A stretch of DNA of 64,000 nucleotides, from NCBI GenBank assembly GCA_963843845.1, contig CAWJMB010000002.1:3360001-3424000 (forward strand). The letters are read 5' to 3'. The stretch comes from an uncultured Gemmatimonadaceae bacterium (lineage in GTDB: Bacteria > Gemmatimonadota > Gemmatimonadetes > Gemmatimonadales > Gemmatimonadaceae). Every line of letters begins with the position of its first letter. The stretch's first letter is position 1. The position numbers and the translations under genes were made by a program. Shown here piece by piece: positions 22,594 to 33,856 of the stretch. The notes under the pieces were generated by a model. That model had not been told where the DNA came from. It saw only the letters and a program-made list of their open reading frames with translations, and ran no database searches.

Positions 22594-23929
22594 TCAGCGG
22601 CGCGCCCCGTTCCCCATCCCGTCCAGCTGCTGGATCGTCGCCGTCGACGCCGCGCGCTCCTTCCTCGCCCTCGCCGACACGACCTCGGCTCTCCGCAGCG
22701 CTCGCAGCACGTTCCCGCTCGCCACCTTCGCGAGCTCCGCGTCCGTCCACCCGCGCCGCATCAGCTCCATGAAGAGCAGGGGGTAGCCGCTGACGTCGGT
22801 CATGCCCTGCGGCAGGTTCGACGTTCCGTCGTAGTCGCCGCCGAGCCCGACGTGGTCGACGCCGGCGACCTTGCGAATGTGGTCGACGTGATCGGCGACG
22901 TCCTTCGCCGTCACGACCGGCGTCGGGTGCGCCGCGTCCCAGCGCCGCAGTGCCGCGGCCGTCGCCGCGGAGTCGGTGCTCGCACGCCGCAGCCGCTCGG
23001 CCTCCGTCTCGCGCGCGCGGTCGTGATCGTAGACCGCCTGCGAGAGGAACGACGGCACGAACGTCACCATGACGACGCCGCCATTTCCTGGCAGACGGCG
23101 CAGGATCGAGTCGGGCACGTCGCGCGGGTGGTCGACGAGCGCGCGCGCCGACGAGTGCGAGAAGATCACCGGCGCCTCGCTCGCGTCGAGCGCATCGCTC
23201 ATCGTGCCCGGCGAGACGTGCGACAGGTCGACGAGCATGCCGAACCGGTTCATCTCGCGCACGACCTCCCTGCCGAACGCGCGTGAGCCCGCCGTGCTTC
23301 GGCGCGTCGAGCGCCGCGTCGGCCCAGTCGAGCGTCACGTTGTGCGTGAGCGTCATGTAGCGCACGCCGAGGTCGTAGTAGGTGCGGAGGAGCGAGAGCG
23401 AGTTGTCGATCGCGTGCCCGCCTTCCATGCCGAGGAACGACGGGACCCTGCCGGCGCGGAACGCCGGCATCACGTCGGCCGCGCGGAGCGCGAGCGTCAT
23501 CCGGTCCGGATACCGCGCGATGACGCGCCGCGCGACGTCGATCTGCTCGAGCTGCACGCGCGCGTACGCGGGCCGGTCGACCACGACGCCGTTCGGCGCG
23601 AACGCGGGGTCGCTCGTCTCGCCGGGGATGTAGACCGACCAGAACTGCCCGCCGAGCAGGCCCTTCGCCATGCGCGCGAAGTCGGTCTGTCCCGGGGTCG
23701 TCGTTCGCAGATCGTACGCGTCGACGTCGAGCACTCCGTTCTGACCGGCGCGCACGCCGGCCTCGCGGATCGCCCACGGCAGGTCGTTGTGCCCGTCGAC
23801 GAGCGGCGTCGCGCGGAGCAGTCGCCCGACGCGCGCGCGGAGAGCCGCGTCGCTCGGCGGGGTGTGCTGCGCGGCGACGGACGTGGCGGACACGAGAGCG
23901 GCGGCGAGGGCGAGCGTGGCGTGACGCAT
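22594..23929 (-). CDS. Membrane dipeptidase, M19 family (frameshift near 23280)
   Basis: [35 protein letters not shown] and VGLGGDYDG. Confidence 0.9.
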
Positions 23930-24012
23930 GAGGCGCGGTGAGAGGAGTCGGGCGAAAGCTACGCCGCGCGCAACCCTTTCCGCGATGTCGTTGTCTGACC
24001 GGCTACGTCCCT

Positions 24013-24033
24013 TCCCCGGAACAATTCTGGTGA
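24013..24033. promoter_or_regulatory. Candidate PadR autoregulatory operator (TCCCCGGAA-CAA-TTCTGGTGA)
   Basis: 21-bp imperfect palindrome (7 of 9 pairs) ending 5 nt before the padR ATG. Confidence 0.4.
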
Positions 24034-24038
24034 GACTC

Positions 24039-24374
24039 ATGCCGGCGTCCGACCTCGACCTGCTGCAGGGCACGCTCGACGTGCTCGTCCTGAAATCCCT
24101 CCTCTTCGGCCCGCGCCACGGCTACGCCGTCGCGCGCTGGATCAGCGACACCTCCGACGCCGCGCTCACCGTCGAGGACCGCGCGCTCTACGTCGCGCTG
24201 CACCGACTCGAGGACCGGGGCTGGGTGTCGGCCGAGTGGGGGCTGTCGGAGAACAACCGGCGCGCGAAGTACTACCGATTGACCGCGGCCGGCCGCCGGC
24301 AGCTCGGCGCCCAGACGACGCGCTGGACGCGCTACGCCGAGGCCGTGTTCAAGGTCCTCGCCGCGACCGCCTGA
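24039..24374 (+). CDS. PadR family transcriptional regulator (acidobacterial type)
   Basis: LLQGTLDVLVLK, HGYAVARWI, LYVALHRLE and SENNRRAKYYRLT. Confidence 0.93.
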   Translation: MPASDLDLLQGTLDVLVLKSLLFGPRHGYAVARWISDTSDAALTVEDRALYVALHRLEDRGWVSAEWGLSENNRRAKYYRLTAAGRRQLGAQTTRWTRYAEAVFKVLAATA

Positions 24375-24389
24375 CGCGAGGCGACGACG

Positions 24390-27044
24390 ATGCTCTTCGA
24401 CCGCACCGTTCGGCGGCTCTTCCGCCTTCCGGCGTCCGCGCACCAGCTCCGCGACGACGTCGACGCCGAAGTCGCGTTCCATCTCGACGCGCGCGTGCAC
24501 ACGCTCGTCGCGCAGGGGCTCGCTCCCGGCGCCGCGCGGGCGCAGGCGGCGCGCGAGTTCGGCGACGTGCGCGCCGCGCGCGCCGAGCTGCACGCCATGA
24601 GCCGCACCCGGGCCGAGCGCGCGCGGCACGGCGAGCTGTGGAGCGGCGTCGCGCACGACGTGCGCTTCGCCGCCCGCTCGCTCCGCCGCCGCCCCCTCTT
24701 CCTCCTCGCCGCCGTGACGACGCTCGCGTTAGGCATCGGCGCGAGCGTCGCGATCTTCTCCGTCGTGAACGGCGTGCTGCTCACGCCGCTGCCCTACGCC
24801 GCGCCCGGCCGCCTCGTCCGCGTGTGGCGCGGCGGCGCCGTGCCGTTAGGCATCTACGACATCGTCCGCGAACGGAGCCGCTCCTACTCGGCGCTCGCCG
24901 GCGCGGAGATGCCGGGCGCGGTGTCGGTCACCGGCGACCTCGCGCCGGCGCGACTCGCGCGCGCCCGCGTGACGCCGAACCTGTTCGGCACGTTGGGCGT
25001 GCGCCCGCTCGTCGGCCGCACGTTCGCGGAGGAGGACCGCGAGCTCGGGCGCGAGCGAACGGTCGTGCTCTCCCACGCGCTCTGGCGGGAGCGCTACGGC
25101 GGCGACCGCAACGTCGTCGGCCGCTTCATGACGATCGACGGCGTGGCGCACGCGATCGTGGGCGTGATGCCGTCGTCGTTCCGCTACCCGGACGGCGCCA
25201 CGCGGCTGTGGACCGTGTCGAGCGCCGAGCGCGGAACGCCGGACTACTGGTGGATGACCTACATGCAGCTCGTCGGGCGGCTCGCGCCCGGCGTGACGCC
25301 CGCGCAGGCGCAGCGCGAGGCGGCGCGCGTGTTCGACGGCGCGCGGAGCGCCTTCCCCATGCGGATGGCAGACGAGTGGGGACGCGACGTCGACGTCGTG
25401 TCGCTGCGCGACGCGGTCATCGGCACGTCGCGCCCCACGCTGCTGCTGCTCTCGGCCGCGGTCGGGGTGCTGCTGCTCGTCGCGTGCGTGAACGTCGCGA
25501 CGCTCTACGTCGACCGCGCGGCGGCGCGCGAGCGTGAGCTGGCGGTGCGCGCGTCGATCGGGGCGGGGCGGGGACGGATCGCGCGGCAGCTCCTGACCGA
25601 GAGCCTGCTCGTCGCATCGGTCGGCGCCGCGGCCGGGCTGGCCCTCGCGGCGGCGGGGCTGCGTGGATTCGTCGCGCTCCTCCCGCCGGGAACGCCGCGC
25701 GCCGAGGAGATCGGGATCGACGTGCGCGCCCTCGGCGTGACGGTCGCGCTCGCCGTCGTGAGCGGTGTCGCCTTCGGGCTGCTGCCGGCGCGGCGCGCCG
25801 CGCGGCAGGACGTGCACACGGTGCTGCGCGGCGGCGCGCGGGCCGGTGACGCGCGCGGCCCGCGACGGGCACCGCGCGTGCTCGCCGTCGCGCAGATCGG
25901 ACTCGCCGTCGTGCTCGTCGCGTCGGCCGGGCTGCTGCTCAAGAGCTTCTGGCGACTGCGGCAGGTGGAGCTCGGCTTCGGCGCGGAACGCGTCCTCACG
26001 GCGGAGGTGCCGGCGCCGGCCGTCACGAGCGACACGACGGCGCGCGTGCGGGCGTTCTACACCCAGGTGCTCGAGCGAGTCGAGCATCTCCCGGGCGTGC
26101 GGAGCGCCGCGCTCACGAACGGGCTGCCGTTCGGTGGCGGCGCGTACATGACGGCGATGGCCGTCGAGGACCACCCCACCGCCGACGGCGCGCCGCCGCC
26201 GCTCCCGATCGTCACGTGGGCGACGAGCGACTATCTGCGCACGTTGGGCGTCCCGCTCCGGCGGGGGCGCGCGCTCGCGACGACCGACGGCGAGGGGACA
26301 CCGCGCGTCGCGGTGATCGACGACGAGGCCGCGCGAACGCTGTGGCCCGGGGAGAACCCGATCGGGCGCCGCATTCGCTACGTCTGGAACCAGCAGTGGA
26401 TCGAGGTCGTCGGCGTCGTCGGCACGGTACGGCGCGACAGCCTGAGCGCGGCGCTGCAGCCGTCGCTCTACGTGCCGCTGTCACAGGCACCGCTCCCCGC
26501 GACGCTGCGCGTGGTCGTGCGCGCCGACGCGTCGCTCGACGCGGCGGCGTTCGGGCGCGCGCTGCGGGCGGCGGTCGCGGCCACCGACGCCTCGGTCCCC
26601 GTCGGCCCGATCACGTCGCTCGATCGCGCCGTCTCGACCTCGGCCGCGCGGCCGCGCTTCACGGCCGCGCTGATCGCGGCGTTCGCGGTCGCCGCGCTCG
26701 CGCTGGGCGCGGTCGGGATCTACGGCGTGGTCGCGGCGGGCGTGGCGCGGCGGCGGCGCGAGTTCGGGGTGCGGATCGCGCTCGGCGCGACGGCGGCGCA
26801 GGTGGTGCGGCTCGTCGTGCGGGAGGGAGCCGCCGTCACGGCGCTCGGCGTGCTCTTCGGGCTCGTGGGCACGCTCGCGGCGGGGCGGCTGCTCCGCGGG
26901 CTGCTGTTCGCCGTGGGGCCGACCGACCCGGTCGTGCTGCTCGCGGTGCCGGTGCTGCTGGGCGCGGTGGCGATGCTCGCGAGCCTGGTTCCGGCGCGGC
27001 GCGCGGCGCGCGTCGATCCCAGTACGGTCATCCGGGCGGATTGA
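24390..27044 (+). CDS. ADOP family duplicated ABC permease
   Basis: Permease prefix (EVAFHL), two MacB-PCD/FtsX repeats, LLVACVNVA, RRREFGVRIALGA and RRAARVDP. Confidence 0.92.
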   Translation: MLFDRTVRRLFRLPASAHQLRDDVDAEVAFHLDARVHTLVAQGLAPGAARAQAAREFGDVRAARAELHAMSRTRAERARHGELWSGVAHDVRFAARSLRRRPLFLLAAVTTLALGIGASVAIFSVVNGVLLTPLPYAAPGRLVRVWRGGAVPLGIYDIVRERSRSYSALAGAEMPGAVSVTGDLAPARLARARVTPNLFGTLGVRPLVGRTFAEEDRELGRERTVVLSHALWRERYGGDRNVVGRFMTIDGVAHAIVGVMPSSFRYPDGATRLWTVSSAERGTPDYWWMTYMQLVGRLAPGVTPAQAQREAARVFDGARSAFPMRMADEWGRDVDVVSLRDAVIGTSRPTLLLLSAAVGVLLLVACVNVATLYVDRAAARERELAVRASIGAGRGRIARQLLTESLLVASVGAAAGLALAAAGLRGFVALLPPGTPRAEEIGIDVRALGVTVALAVVSGVAFGLLPARRAARQDVHTVLRGGARAGDARGPRRAPRVLAVAQIGLAVVLVASAGLLLKSFWRLRQVELGFGAERVLTAEVPAPAVTSDTTARVRAFYTQVLERVEHLPGVRSAALTNGLPFGGGAYMTAMAVEDHPTADGAPPPLPIVTWATSDYLRTLGVPLRRGRALATTDGEGTPRVAVIDDEAARTLWPGENPIGRRIRYVWNQQWIEVVGVVGTVRRDSLSAALQPSLYVPLSQAPLPATLRVVVRADASLDAAAFGRALRAAVAATDASVPVGPITSLDRAVSTSAARPRFTAALIAAFAVAALALGAVGIYGVVAAGVARRRREFGVRIALGATAAQVVRLVVREGAAVTALGVLFGLVGTLAAGRLLRGLLFAVGPTDPVVLLAVPVLLGAVAMLASLVPARRAARVDPSTVIRAD

Positions 27045-27067
27045 TCGGGCCGGGGTCGGTGGGGCCG

Positions 27068-30000
27068 TCAATCCCCCGCCGGCTCCGGCGCCGCCATCCC
27101 GTGCGCCGCCGCCGGCCGTCGGCCGCGGATGCGCGCGCCGAGCCACGTGCGCCACCCGTCGAGGATCTCGTAGACGGTCGGGATCACGAACAGCGTCAGC
27201 AGCGTCGAGGTGATCGTGCCGCCGATGACCGCGCGCCCCAGCGGCGCCCGGAAGTCCGCCCCCTCGCCGAGTCCGAGCGCCACGGGGATCATGCCGGCGA
27301 TGAGCGCGAGCGTCGTCATCATGATCGGGCGCAGCCGGATCGCGCCCGCCTCGATCAGCGCGTCGCGCACCGACAGTCCGCGCGACTCGCGCGTCCATTT
27401 CGCGAAGTCGATGAGCAGGATCGCGTTCTTCGCGACGATCCCCATGAGCAGGATCACGCCGATGAGGCTCATGATGTTCAGCGTGTCGCCGGTGATGAGG
27501 AGCGCGAGCACGACACCGATGAGCGACAGCGGCAGCGACATGAGGATCGCGAGCGGGTCGAGGAAGCTGCCGAACTGCACGACGAGGATGAGGTACATGA
27601 GCATCACGGCGATGCCGATCGCCGTCGCGAAGCTGCCGAACACTTCGTTCTGACTCTTCACCTGGCCGCCGGCGACGATCTCGTAGCCGGGGGGCAGCCG
27701 CACGTCGCGCAACCGCTCCTGCGCCGCCCGCGTCACGTCGCCCAACGGCCGTTCGACGTTCGCGCCGATCGTGATGACCTTCTGCCGCTGGAAGTGGTCG
27801 ATCTGCGCCGGCCCCTCGCTCGGCGCGATGGTCGCGACCTGGCCCAATCTGACGACCGTCGGTCCCGCCGGGGCGCCCGTCGCCCCGACGGCCGCCGGCG
27901 TCGTCAGCGCGAGCGGGATGTTCGCGAGGTCGGCGGCGTTCTCGCGCGACCCGGACGGCAGGCGCACGCGCACGTACCGCGTCTCGCCGCTCGGGTCGAC
28001 CCAATTCCCAGCGTCGACGCCGGCGAAGGCGGGGCGGAGCGCCTGCGCGATCTGCCCGACGCTGATGCCCAACGTCCCGGCGAGCCCGCGGTTGATCGCG
28101 ACCCGCAGCTCGGGCTTCTGCCCCTTCGTCGACAGCCCCACGTCGACGGCGCCGGGCGTGGCGCGCACGATCGTCGCGAGCGAGTCGGCGAGGCGCGTCA
28201 GCGTCGTCGCGTCGGGCCCCTGGAGCTGCAGCTGCAACGGCTTCATCCCGCCGCCGGGGCCGCCCGCCTCGAGCAGATAGGCCGTCACCGTGCCGACGCG
28301 GCGCAGCTCGCCGCGAATGACGCGGCCGAAGTCGGTCTGACCGATCGCGCGCTCCGCCTTCGGGACGAGTCGCACGTAGACCGACGCGACGTCGACGGCG
28401 CCGGAGCCCGACGCGCTGCCGACCGTGGTGTACGTGTAGCGGACTTCCTCGTGCGTGCGGATCAGCGCCGCGATCTGCTCCGCCTGCACGCGCGTGTACT
28501 CGAGGCTCGAGCCCGGCGGCGTCTCGACGCTGACCGTCAGCTCGCTGCGGTCGCTGTCCGGTGTGAAGCCGAAGCCGCCCAGCGTCACCTGCAGCCCGAT
28601 GGCGGCGACGAACGTCGCGACCGCGATCGCGACCATCGTCTTGCGGTGATCGAGCGCCCACGCGACGCCGTGGCGGTAGCGGTTCGCGAGGCGGTCGAAC
28701 CAGACGTTGAAGCGGTCGAGCGCGCGCGAGATCGGGTTCTTCCGCTCGTGCGCCTCGATCTGCGGATCGGCCCAGTACGCGGAGAGCATCGGGTCGAGCG
28801 AGAACGACACGAACAGCGACACGAGCACGGCGAACGCGATCGTCAGCGCGAACGGCTTGAACCACTGCCCCGCGAAGCCCCCCATGAAGCCGACCGGCAC
28901 GAACACCGCGACGATCGAGAACGTCGTCGCCGCGACGGCGACGCCGATCTCGTCGGTGCCCTCGTGCGACGCCTCGAGGTGGTCTTTCCCCATCTCGATG
29001 TGCCGGACGATGTTCTCCCGCACGACGATCGCGTCGTCGATGAGAATGCCGATCGCGAGCGAGAGGCCGAGCAGCGACATCGTGTTCAGCGTGAAGCCGA
29101 GCATCCAGAGCGGGACGAACGACGCGAGCACCGAGACCGGGAGCGCGAGCCCGGTGATGACCGTCGAGCGCCACGAGTTCAGGAACAGGAAGACGACGAG
29201 CACCGTGAGCGCCGCGCCTTCGAGGAGCGTGCGCTGCACGTCGTCGACCGACCGCTCGACGCGCTCGCCGGCATCGCGCACGATCTCGATCGTCGTGCCG
29301 GCGGGCATCGCGGCGCGGAGGCGCGGCAGGACGGCCTTGACCCCGTCGGCGACCTGCGTCGTGCTGTACCCTTTCGACTTCACGACGTCGAGCCCGATCG
29401 CCTCGCGGCCGTTGTAGAGCGCGGCGGAGCGCCGCTCCGCGGACCCGGCCACGACGGCGGCCACCTGGCCCAACGGAATCGCGACCCCCCCGCGCTGCGC
29501 GACGGTGAGGCGCGCGAAATCGTCAGGCGTGGACAGTCGCCCCTCGAGGCGGATGGAGCGCTCGGTGAGCGGCCCCGTCACGCTCCCGACCGGCGCGGCG
29601 AGGTTCTGCGCGCGCAGCGCCGCGACGACCTGGTCGACCCCGACCCCCGACGACGCGAGCCGGGTCGGGTCGAGCACGACGTTCAGCGTCGCGCTGTCGG
29701 CGCCGGCGATGTTCACCTGCGCGACCCCGGCCACCGATCGCATCTCGCCGCCGATCGTCTTGTCGGCGATCTCGGTCAGCTCCGACGGCGTGAGCGTCGT
29801 CGACGTCAGCGCGAGCGACAGGATCGGCTGCGACGACGGGTCGAACCGCTGCACGATCGGCTCGATGATCTCGGTCGGGAGCTGCGCTCTCACGGCGGAG
29901 ATCGCGTCGCGCACGTCCTGCGTCGCCTGGTCGGTCGGCGAGCCGAACTTGAACTGCGCGATGATCTGCGCGAATCCGTCGGTCGACGTCGAGCGCAGCT

Positions 30001-30235
30001 CGTCGAGCCCGCTGATGCCCGAGAGGCGGTCCTCGATCCGGTCGACGACCTCGCGCTCGACCTGATCGGGCGACGCGCCGGGATACGCGATCCCGACGAA
30101 GACGATCGGGGCGTCGATGTCGGGGAACTCGTCGGTCTGCAGCCGCATGAGCGCGGCGAGGCCGAACACGACGAGAGAGAGCATGACGACGACCGTGATG
30201 ATCGGTCGCCGGATCGCGAAGTCGGAGATGAACAT
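27068..30235 (-). CDS. RND efflux transporter permease (AcrB/AcrD/AcrF family)
   Basis: MFISDFAIRRP, GILIDDAIVVRENI, KNAILLIDF and RLRPIMMTT. Confidence 0.95.
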   Translation of the reverse strand: MFISDFAIRRPIITVVVMLSLVVFGLAALMRLQTDEFPDIDAPIVFVGIAYPGASPDQVEREVVDRIEDRLSGISGLDELRSTSTDGFAQIIAQFKFGSPTDQATQDVRDAISAVRAQLPTEIIEPIVQRFDPSSQPILSLALTSTTLTPSELTEIADKTIGGEMRSVAGVAQVNIAGADSATLNVVLDPTRLASSGVGVDQVVAALRAQNLAAPVGSVTGPLTERSIRLEGRLSTPDDFARLTVAQRGGVAIPLGQVAAVVAGSAERRSAALYNGREAIGLDVVKSKGYSTTQVADGVKAVLPRLRAAMPAGTTIEIVRDAGERVERSVDDVQRTLLEGAALTVLVVFLFLNSWRSTVITGLALPVSVLASFVPLWMLGFTLNTMSLLGLSLAIGILIDDAIVVRENIVRHIEMGKDHLEASHEGTDEIGVAVAATTFSIVAVFVPVGFMGGFAGQWFKPFALTIAFAVLVSLFVSFSLDPMLSAYWADPQIEAHERKNPISRALDRFNVWFDRLANRYRHGVAWALDHRKTMVAIAVATFVAAIGLQVTLGGFGFTPDSDRSELTVSVETPPGSSLEYTRVQAEQIAALIRTHEEVRYTYTTVGSASGSGAVDVASVYVRLVPKAERAIGQTDFGRVIRGELRRVGTVTAYLLEAGGPGGGMKPLQLQLQGPDATTLTRLADSLATIVRATPGAVDVGLSTKGQKPELRVAINRGLAGTLGISVGQIAQALRPAFAGVDAGNWVDPSGETRYVRVRLPSGSRENAADLANIPLALTTPAAVGATGAPAGPTVVRLGQVATIAPSEGPAQIDHFQRQKVITIGANVERPLGDVTRAAQERLRDVRLPPGYEIVAGGQVKSQNEVFGSFATAIGIAVMLMYLILVVQFGSFLDPLAILMSLPLSLIGVVLALLITGDTLNIMSLIGVILLMGIVAKNAILLIDFAKWTRESRGLSVRDALIEAGAIRLRPIMMTTLALIAGMIPVALGLGEGADFRAPLGRAVIGGTITSTLLTLFVIPTVYEILDGWRTWLGARIRGRRPAAAHGMAAPEPAGD

Positions 30236-30335
30236 GCGATGCAATCTGTGGCGGAGGCGGTGCCACCGCCGCCGCTGCAAACCCTCTCGGCCGACCGGCT
30301 GTCAGATCGTGCGACTCTCGTGGAGAACTCGATCC

Positions 30336-31156
30336 GTGCCGACGCGCCGACTGCTCTCGCTCCTGCTCCTCCTCCCGGCCGCGGTGACCGTGGCGAACGC
30401 CCAGCGCACGGACCGATCGCCGCGCGACTGGCTCGACGACTGCCGGTCGGGGCGACCGGGCTGGGGCGACGATCGCGCCCGTTCGTGCGAGCTGCGCGAC
30501 ATCACGATCCCCGCGCGCGGGCGCGTGACGGTGAGCGGCGGCGAGAACGGCGGCGTCAGCGTCACACGGGTGGGACCGCGACGAGATCCGTGTCGTCGCG
30601 AAGCTGCAGGGCACCGCGCCGCTCGCGCGCCGACGCCGACCGGCTGCTGCGCGACGTCGAGGTGCGGACGGACGGCGAGATCCGCGCCGATGGTCCGCGC
30701 GCCGGCCGCGACGAGCACTGGTCGGCGACGTTCGAGCTGTGGGTGCCGCGCCGCACCGACCTCGCCCTCGAGGCGAACAACGGCGGCATCGCGATCGACG
30801 CCGTGCGCGGCGACATCCGCTTCCGCACGACGAACGGCGGCGTCTCCCTCGACGGACTCGGCGGGACGGTGCGCGGCGAGACGCAGAACGGCGGGCTCGC
30901 CGTGACGCTCTCGGGCACGCGGTGGGATGGCGCGGGACTCGACGCGGGGACGCACAACGGCGGCGTCTCGGTGAACGTGCCGTCGAGCTACAACGCGGAC
31001 CTCGCGACGGGCACCGTGAACGGCGGACTGAGCATCGACTTCCCGGTCACGGTCGGTGGACGCATCGGCCGCTCCATCGAGACGCGGCTCGGTGCCGGCG
31101 GAACGCCGATCCGCGTGCGGACGACGAACGGCGGCGTGCGGGTCCGGCGGTACTGA
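30336..31156 (+). CDS. Secreted DUF4097/adhesin-like beta-strand repeat protein (frameshifted near 30560-30630)
   Basis: Signal peptide and repeated T/H/N-NGG motifs (ENGG, NNGG, TTNGG, TQNGG, THNGG, TVNGG). Confidence 0.8.
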
Positions 31157-31224
31157 GACGGCGGGTCGTCCTGCCGTTCGGTGATGAGTCCCGCCGTTCC
31201 GCCGTCAGTACCCGAGCGACCCGA

Positions 31225-31926
31225 TCAGCCCACCCGGTAGCCGCACTTCCGCACGGTGAGCAGGTGCTGCGGCTTCGCCGGGTCCGCCTCGAGCTTCCGT
31301 CGGAGCTCGAGGATGTGCGTGTCGACCGTGCGGCTCGTGACGCTCGCGTCGTAGCCCCAGACCTCGCGCAGCAGATCGTGCCGCGTCGCCACGGCGCCGT
31401 CGCGGCGCAGCAGCGCGACGAGCAGCTCGTACTCCTTCGGGCGCAGCGGGACCGGGCGCCCGTCGCGGGTGACGGCGTGCGTCGCGAGACTCACCTCGAC
31501 CGCGCCGAAGCCGACCGTCTCCGTTGCAACTGACGCGCGCGCCGAGCGGCGGAGCAGCGCCTCGACGCGGGCGAGCAGCTCGAGGAGGCCGAACGGCTTC
31601 GTCACGTAGTCGTCGGCGCCGACGCGCAGCCCCCGTACCTTGTCGGCCTCGTCGCCCAACGCGGTGAGCACGAGCACCGGCATCGCGTTCCCCGCCGCGC
31701 GCAGCGCGCGCAGCACGCGGAAGCCGTCGGCATCGGGGAGCATGAGGTCGAGGATGACGAGGTCGGGCCGGCGCGCGCGTGCCGCGTCGAGCCCCGCCGC
31801 GGCGTCGTGCGCGACGACGACGTCGTAGCCCTCGAACTCGAGGTTGTGGCGCAGCCCGGCCGCGAGCGCGTCGTTGTCCTCGATGACGAGGATGCGCGAG
31901 GCGCTCGGGCCGCCGCCCGCGGTCAC
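31225..31926 (-). CDS. OmpR/PhoB family response regulator
   Basis: ILVIEDN, LVILDLMLP, GADDYVTKPF and SRTVDTHILELRRKLE. Confidence 0.93.
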   Translation of the reverse strand: MTAGGGPSASRILVIEDNDALAAGLRHNLEFEGYDVVVAHDAAAGLDAARARRPDLVILDLMLPDADGFRVLRALRAAGNAMPVLVLTALGDEADKVRGLRVGADDYVTKPFGLLELLARVEALLRRSARASVATETVGFGAVEVSLATHAVTRDGRPVPLRPKEYELLVALLRRDGAVATRHDLLREVWGYDASVTSRTVDTHILELRRKLEADPAKPQHLLTVRKCGYRVG

Positions 31927-33677
31927 GCGACCTCCACGATCGCGTGCGCGATCGGCACTCGCTCGACGGACGCCCCCTCGACGGAGGCGCGCCCTCGCAC
32001 GGACGCGCCCCGCGACGGACGCCCCGACGACAGGCGCGCCCGCCGGCAGCTCGATCACGAAGCGTGCACCGCCCGCGCGGCCGTCGCGCGCCGGCGCGTC
32101 CTCGACCCACGCGCGGCCGTCGTAGAGCGCCACGAGGTCACGCACGACGGCGAGCCCGAGCCCGCTTCCCGTGCGCGCGGCGCGGTCGCGCGCGAGCCGC
32201 ACGAACGGCGTCCAGATCCGCTCGCGGTCGCGCGACGGCACGCCGGGGCCCGCGTCGTCGACCCACAGCCGCGCGGCCGCGTCGGTCCCCGCCCCGCCGA
32301 CCGAGACGCACCTGCCCCGCGGGGCCGTAGCGCACCGCGTTGTCGAGCAGGTTGAGCAGCACCTGCCGCATCGCCGACGGCTCGACGACCGCGGTGAGCG
32401 TGGCGGGCACGGCGACGACGACGGTCGCGCCGGCGGCCGCGGCGAGCGGCGCGAACCCCGCGGCGACTTCCGCGGCGAGCGGCGCGAGCGGCGACGGCGA
32501 TCGGCACGCACGCCGCATTCGCGCGCCGCTCCGCGCGCGCGACGTGGAGCACGTTCTCCACCATCCCCATGAGCCGCCGCGCCTCGCGCACGATCGTCTC
32601 CGCCGCGGCGCGGCGGTCGGCGTCGCCGCGCGTCCTGCCTAACGCGAGCGTCTCGCCGTAGAGCAGGATCTGCGTCAGCGGCGTCCGCAGCTCGTGCGAC
32701 ACGCTCGAGGTGAAGTCCGCGCGCAACCGCACGAGCTCCTGCTCGCGCCCGAGCTGCGCGAGCGCGACGAGCACGAGCGACGCGGTCGCGGCGGCGAGCA
32801 CGCCCAGCAGCACGATGCGCGGGCGACTTCCTGGCCGCACGACGAGTCGCCGGGCCGCCCCCGGCCCCGCCGCCGCCCGCACCACGAGTCCGCCGAGTCG
32901 CGCTTCGGCGACGGCACGCGAGGCGTCGGGCGGCGCGCCGGCCGACGCGGCGAGCGCCGCGTCGCCGCTCGTGACGACGAGCATCGAGTCGGCGGCGAGC
33001 GCGGCGAATGCCGGCGCCCGGGCCGACGCCCGCGCGACGAGCGGCGCACCGAACGCGGCGGCGCAGGTGGCGACGCCGTAGACGCCGATCGGCACGTCGA
33101 ACGGGGCGCGCTTCACACCGTACGCGACCGCCCGCCCCGCCGCCGCGCCGCGCCCGAAGAGCACGCCGATCGGAATCGTTCCGGCGACGGCGGACGGCGC
33201 GTTGCCGCGCATCACCGTCGCCGCGAGCGTGTCGCGCAACCACTGCGTCATCGCGGCACTCCGCGTCGCGTCGCCCGATCGGACGCCGGCGGTGGTGAGG
33301 ACGCCGTCGCGCAGGTCGAGCAGCACGAGCAGCGGCGGCTCGCCGTCGGCGCAGGCGAACGCGCCACGCGGCAGGGTCGCCAGCGACCGCTCGAGGACGA
33401 CGGGCGGCGGAAGGGGATCGTACGGCGAGGCGGCGCGCGCGCCCGCCGCCGGCGCGAGCACCGTCGTCAGCTCGGACGCGACCGCGCCGACCGTCGCCCC
33501 CACGGCGTCGCGCCCGACCACGCCGAGGTAGTCGCCGAGCGCGCGCTCCGCCGTCGCGCGATGCGCGCCGACGTCCCCCTCCGCCTCGAACGCCGCCAGG
33601 GCCGCGACGGCGAGCGTGACGAGGAGGAGGAGCATCAACTGCGGCGCGCGCAGCAGGTCGCGACGGCGGAGGGGCAT
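31923..33677 (-). CDS. Sensor histidine kinase (multiple frameshifts; 3' end approximate)
   Basis: Two TM segments, SHELRTPL, NLLDNAVRY, DDAGPGV and GSGLGLAVV spread over three frames. Confidence 0.85.
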
Positions 33678-33856
33678 GCGGATGGCTCGGGACGACTACT
33701 GCTACTACCCGGACGACGGACGCGGCAAGCTCGGCGCACCGACGAGGACGGGGGCTGACAGGATTCTGACGAGCGGGTGTGGCTGCCGACGCCGGCGCCT
33801 GCCGACTCGATCGACGGCGCGGGCGCACGGCGCCGTCGCGGCACGCGCCCGGCGAG

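Noticed and set aside
26216..31156. Long antisense or alternate-frame ORFs (e.g. 1646 aa, and many Arg/Ala-rich ORFs elsewhere)
   Set aside because: Shadow ORFs expected from stop-codon scarcity in high-GC DNA; only the last ~170 codons are real (DUF4097).
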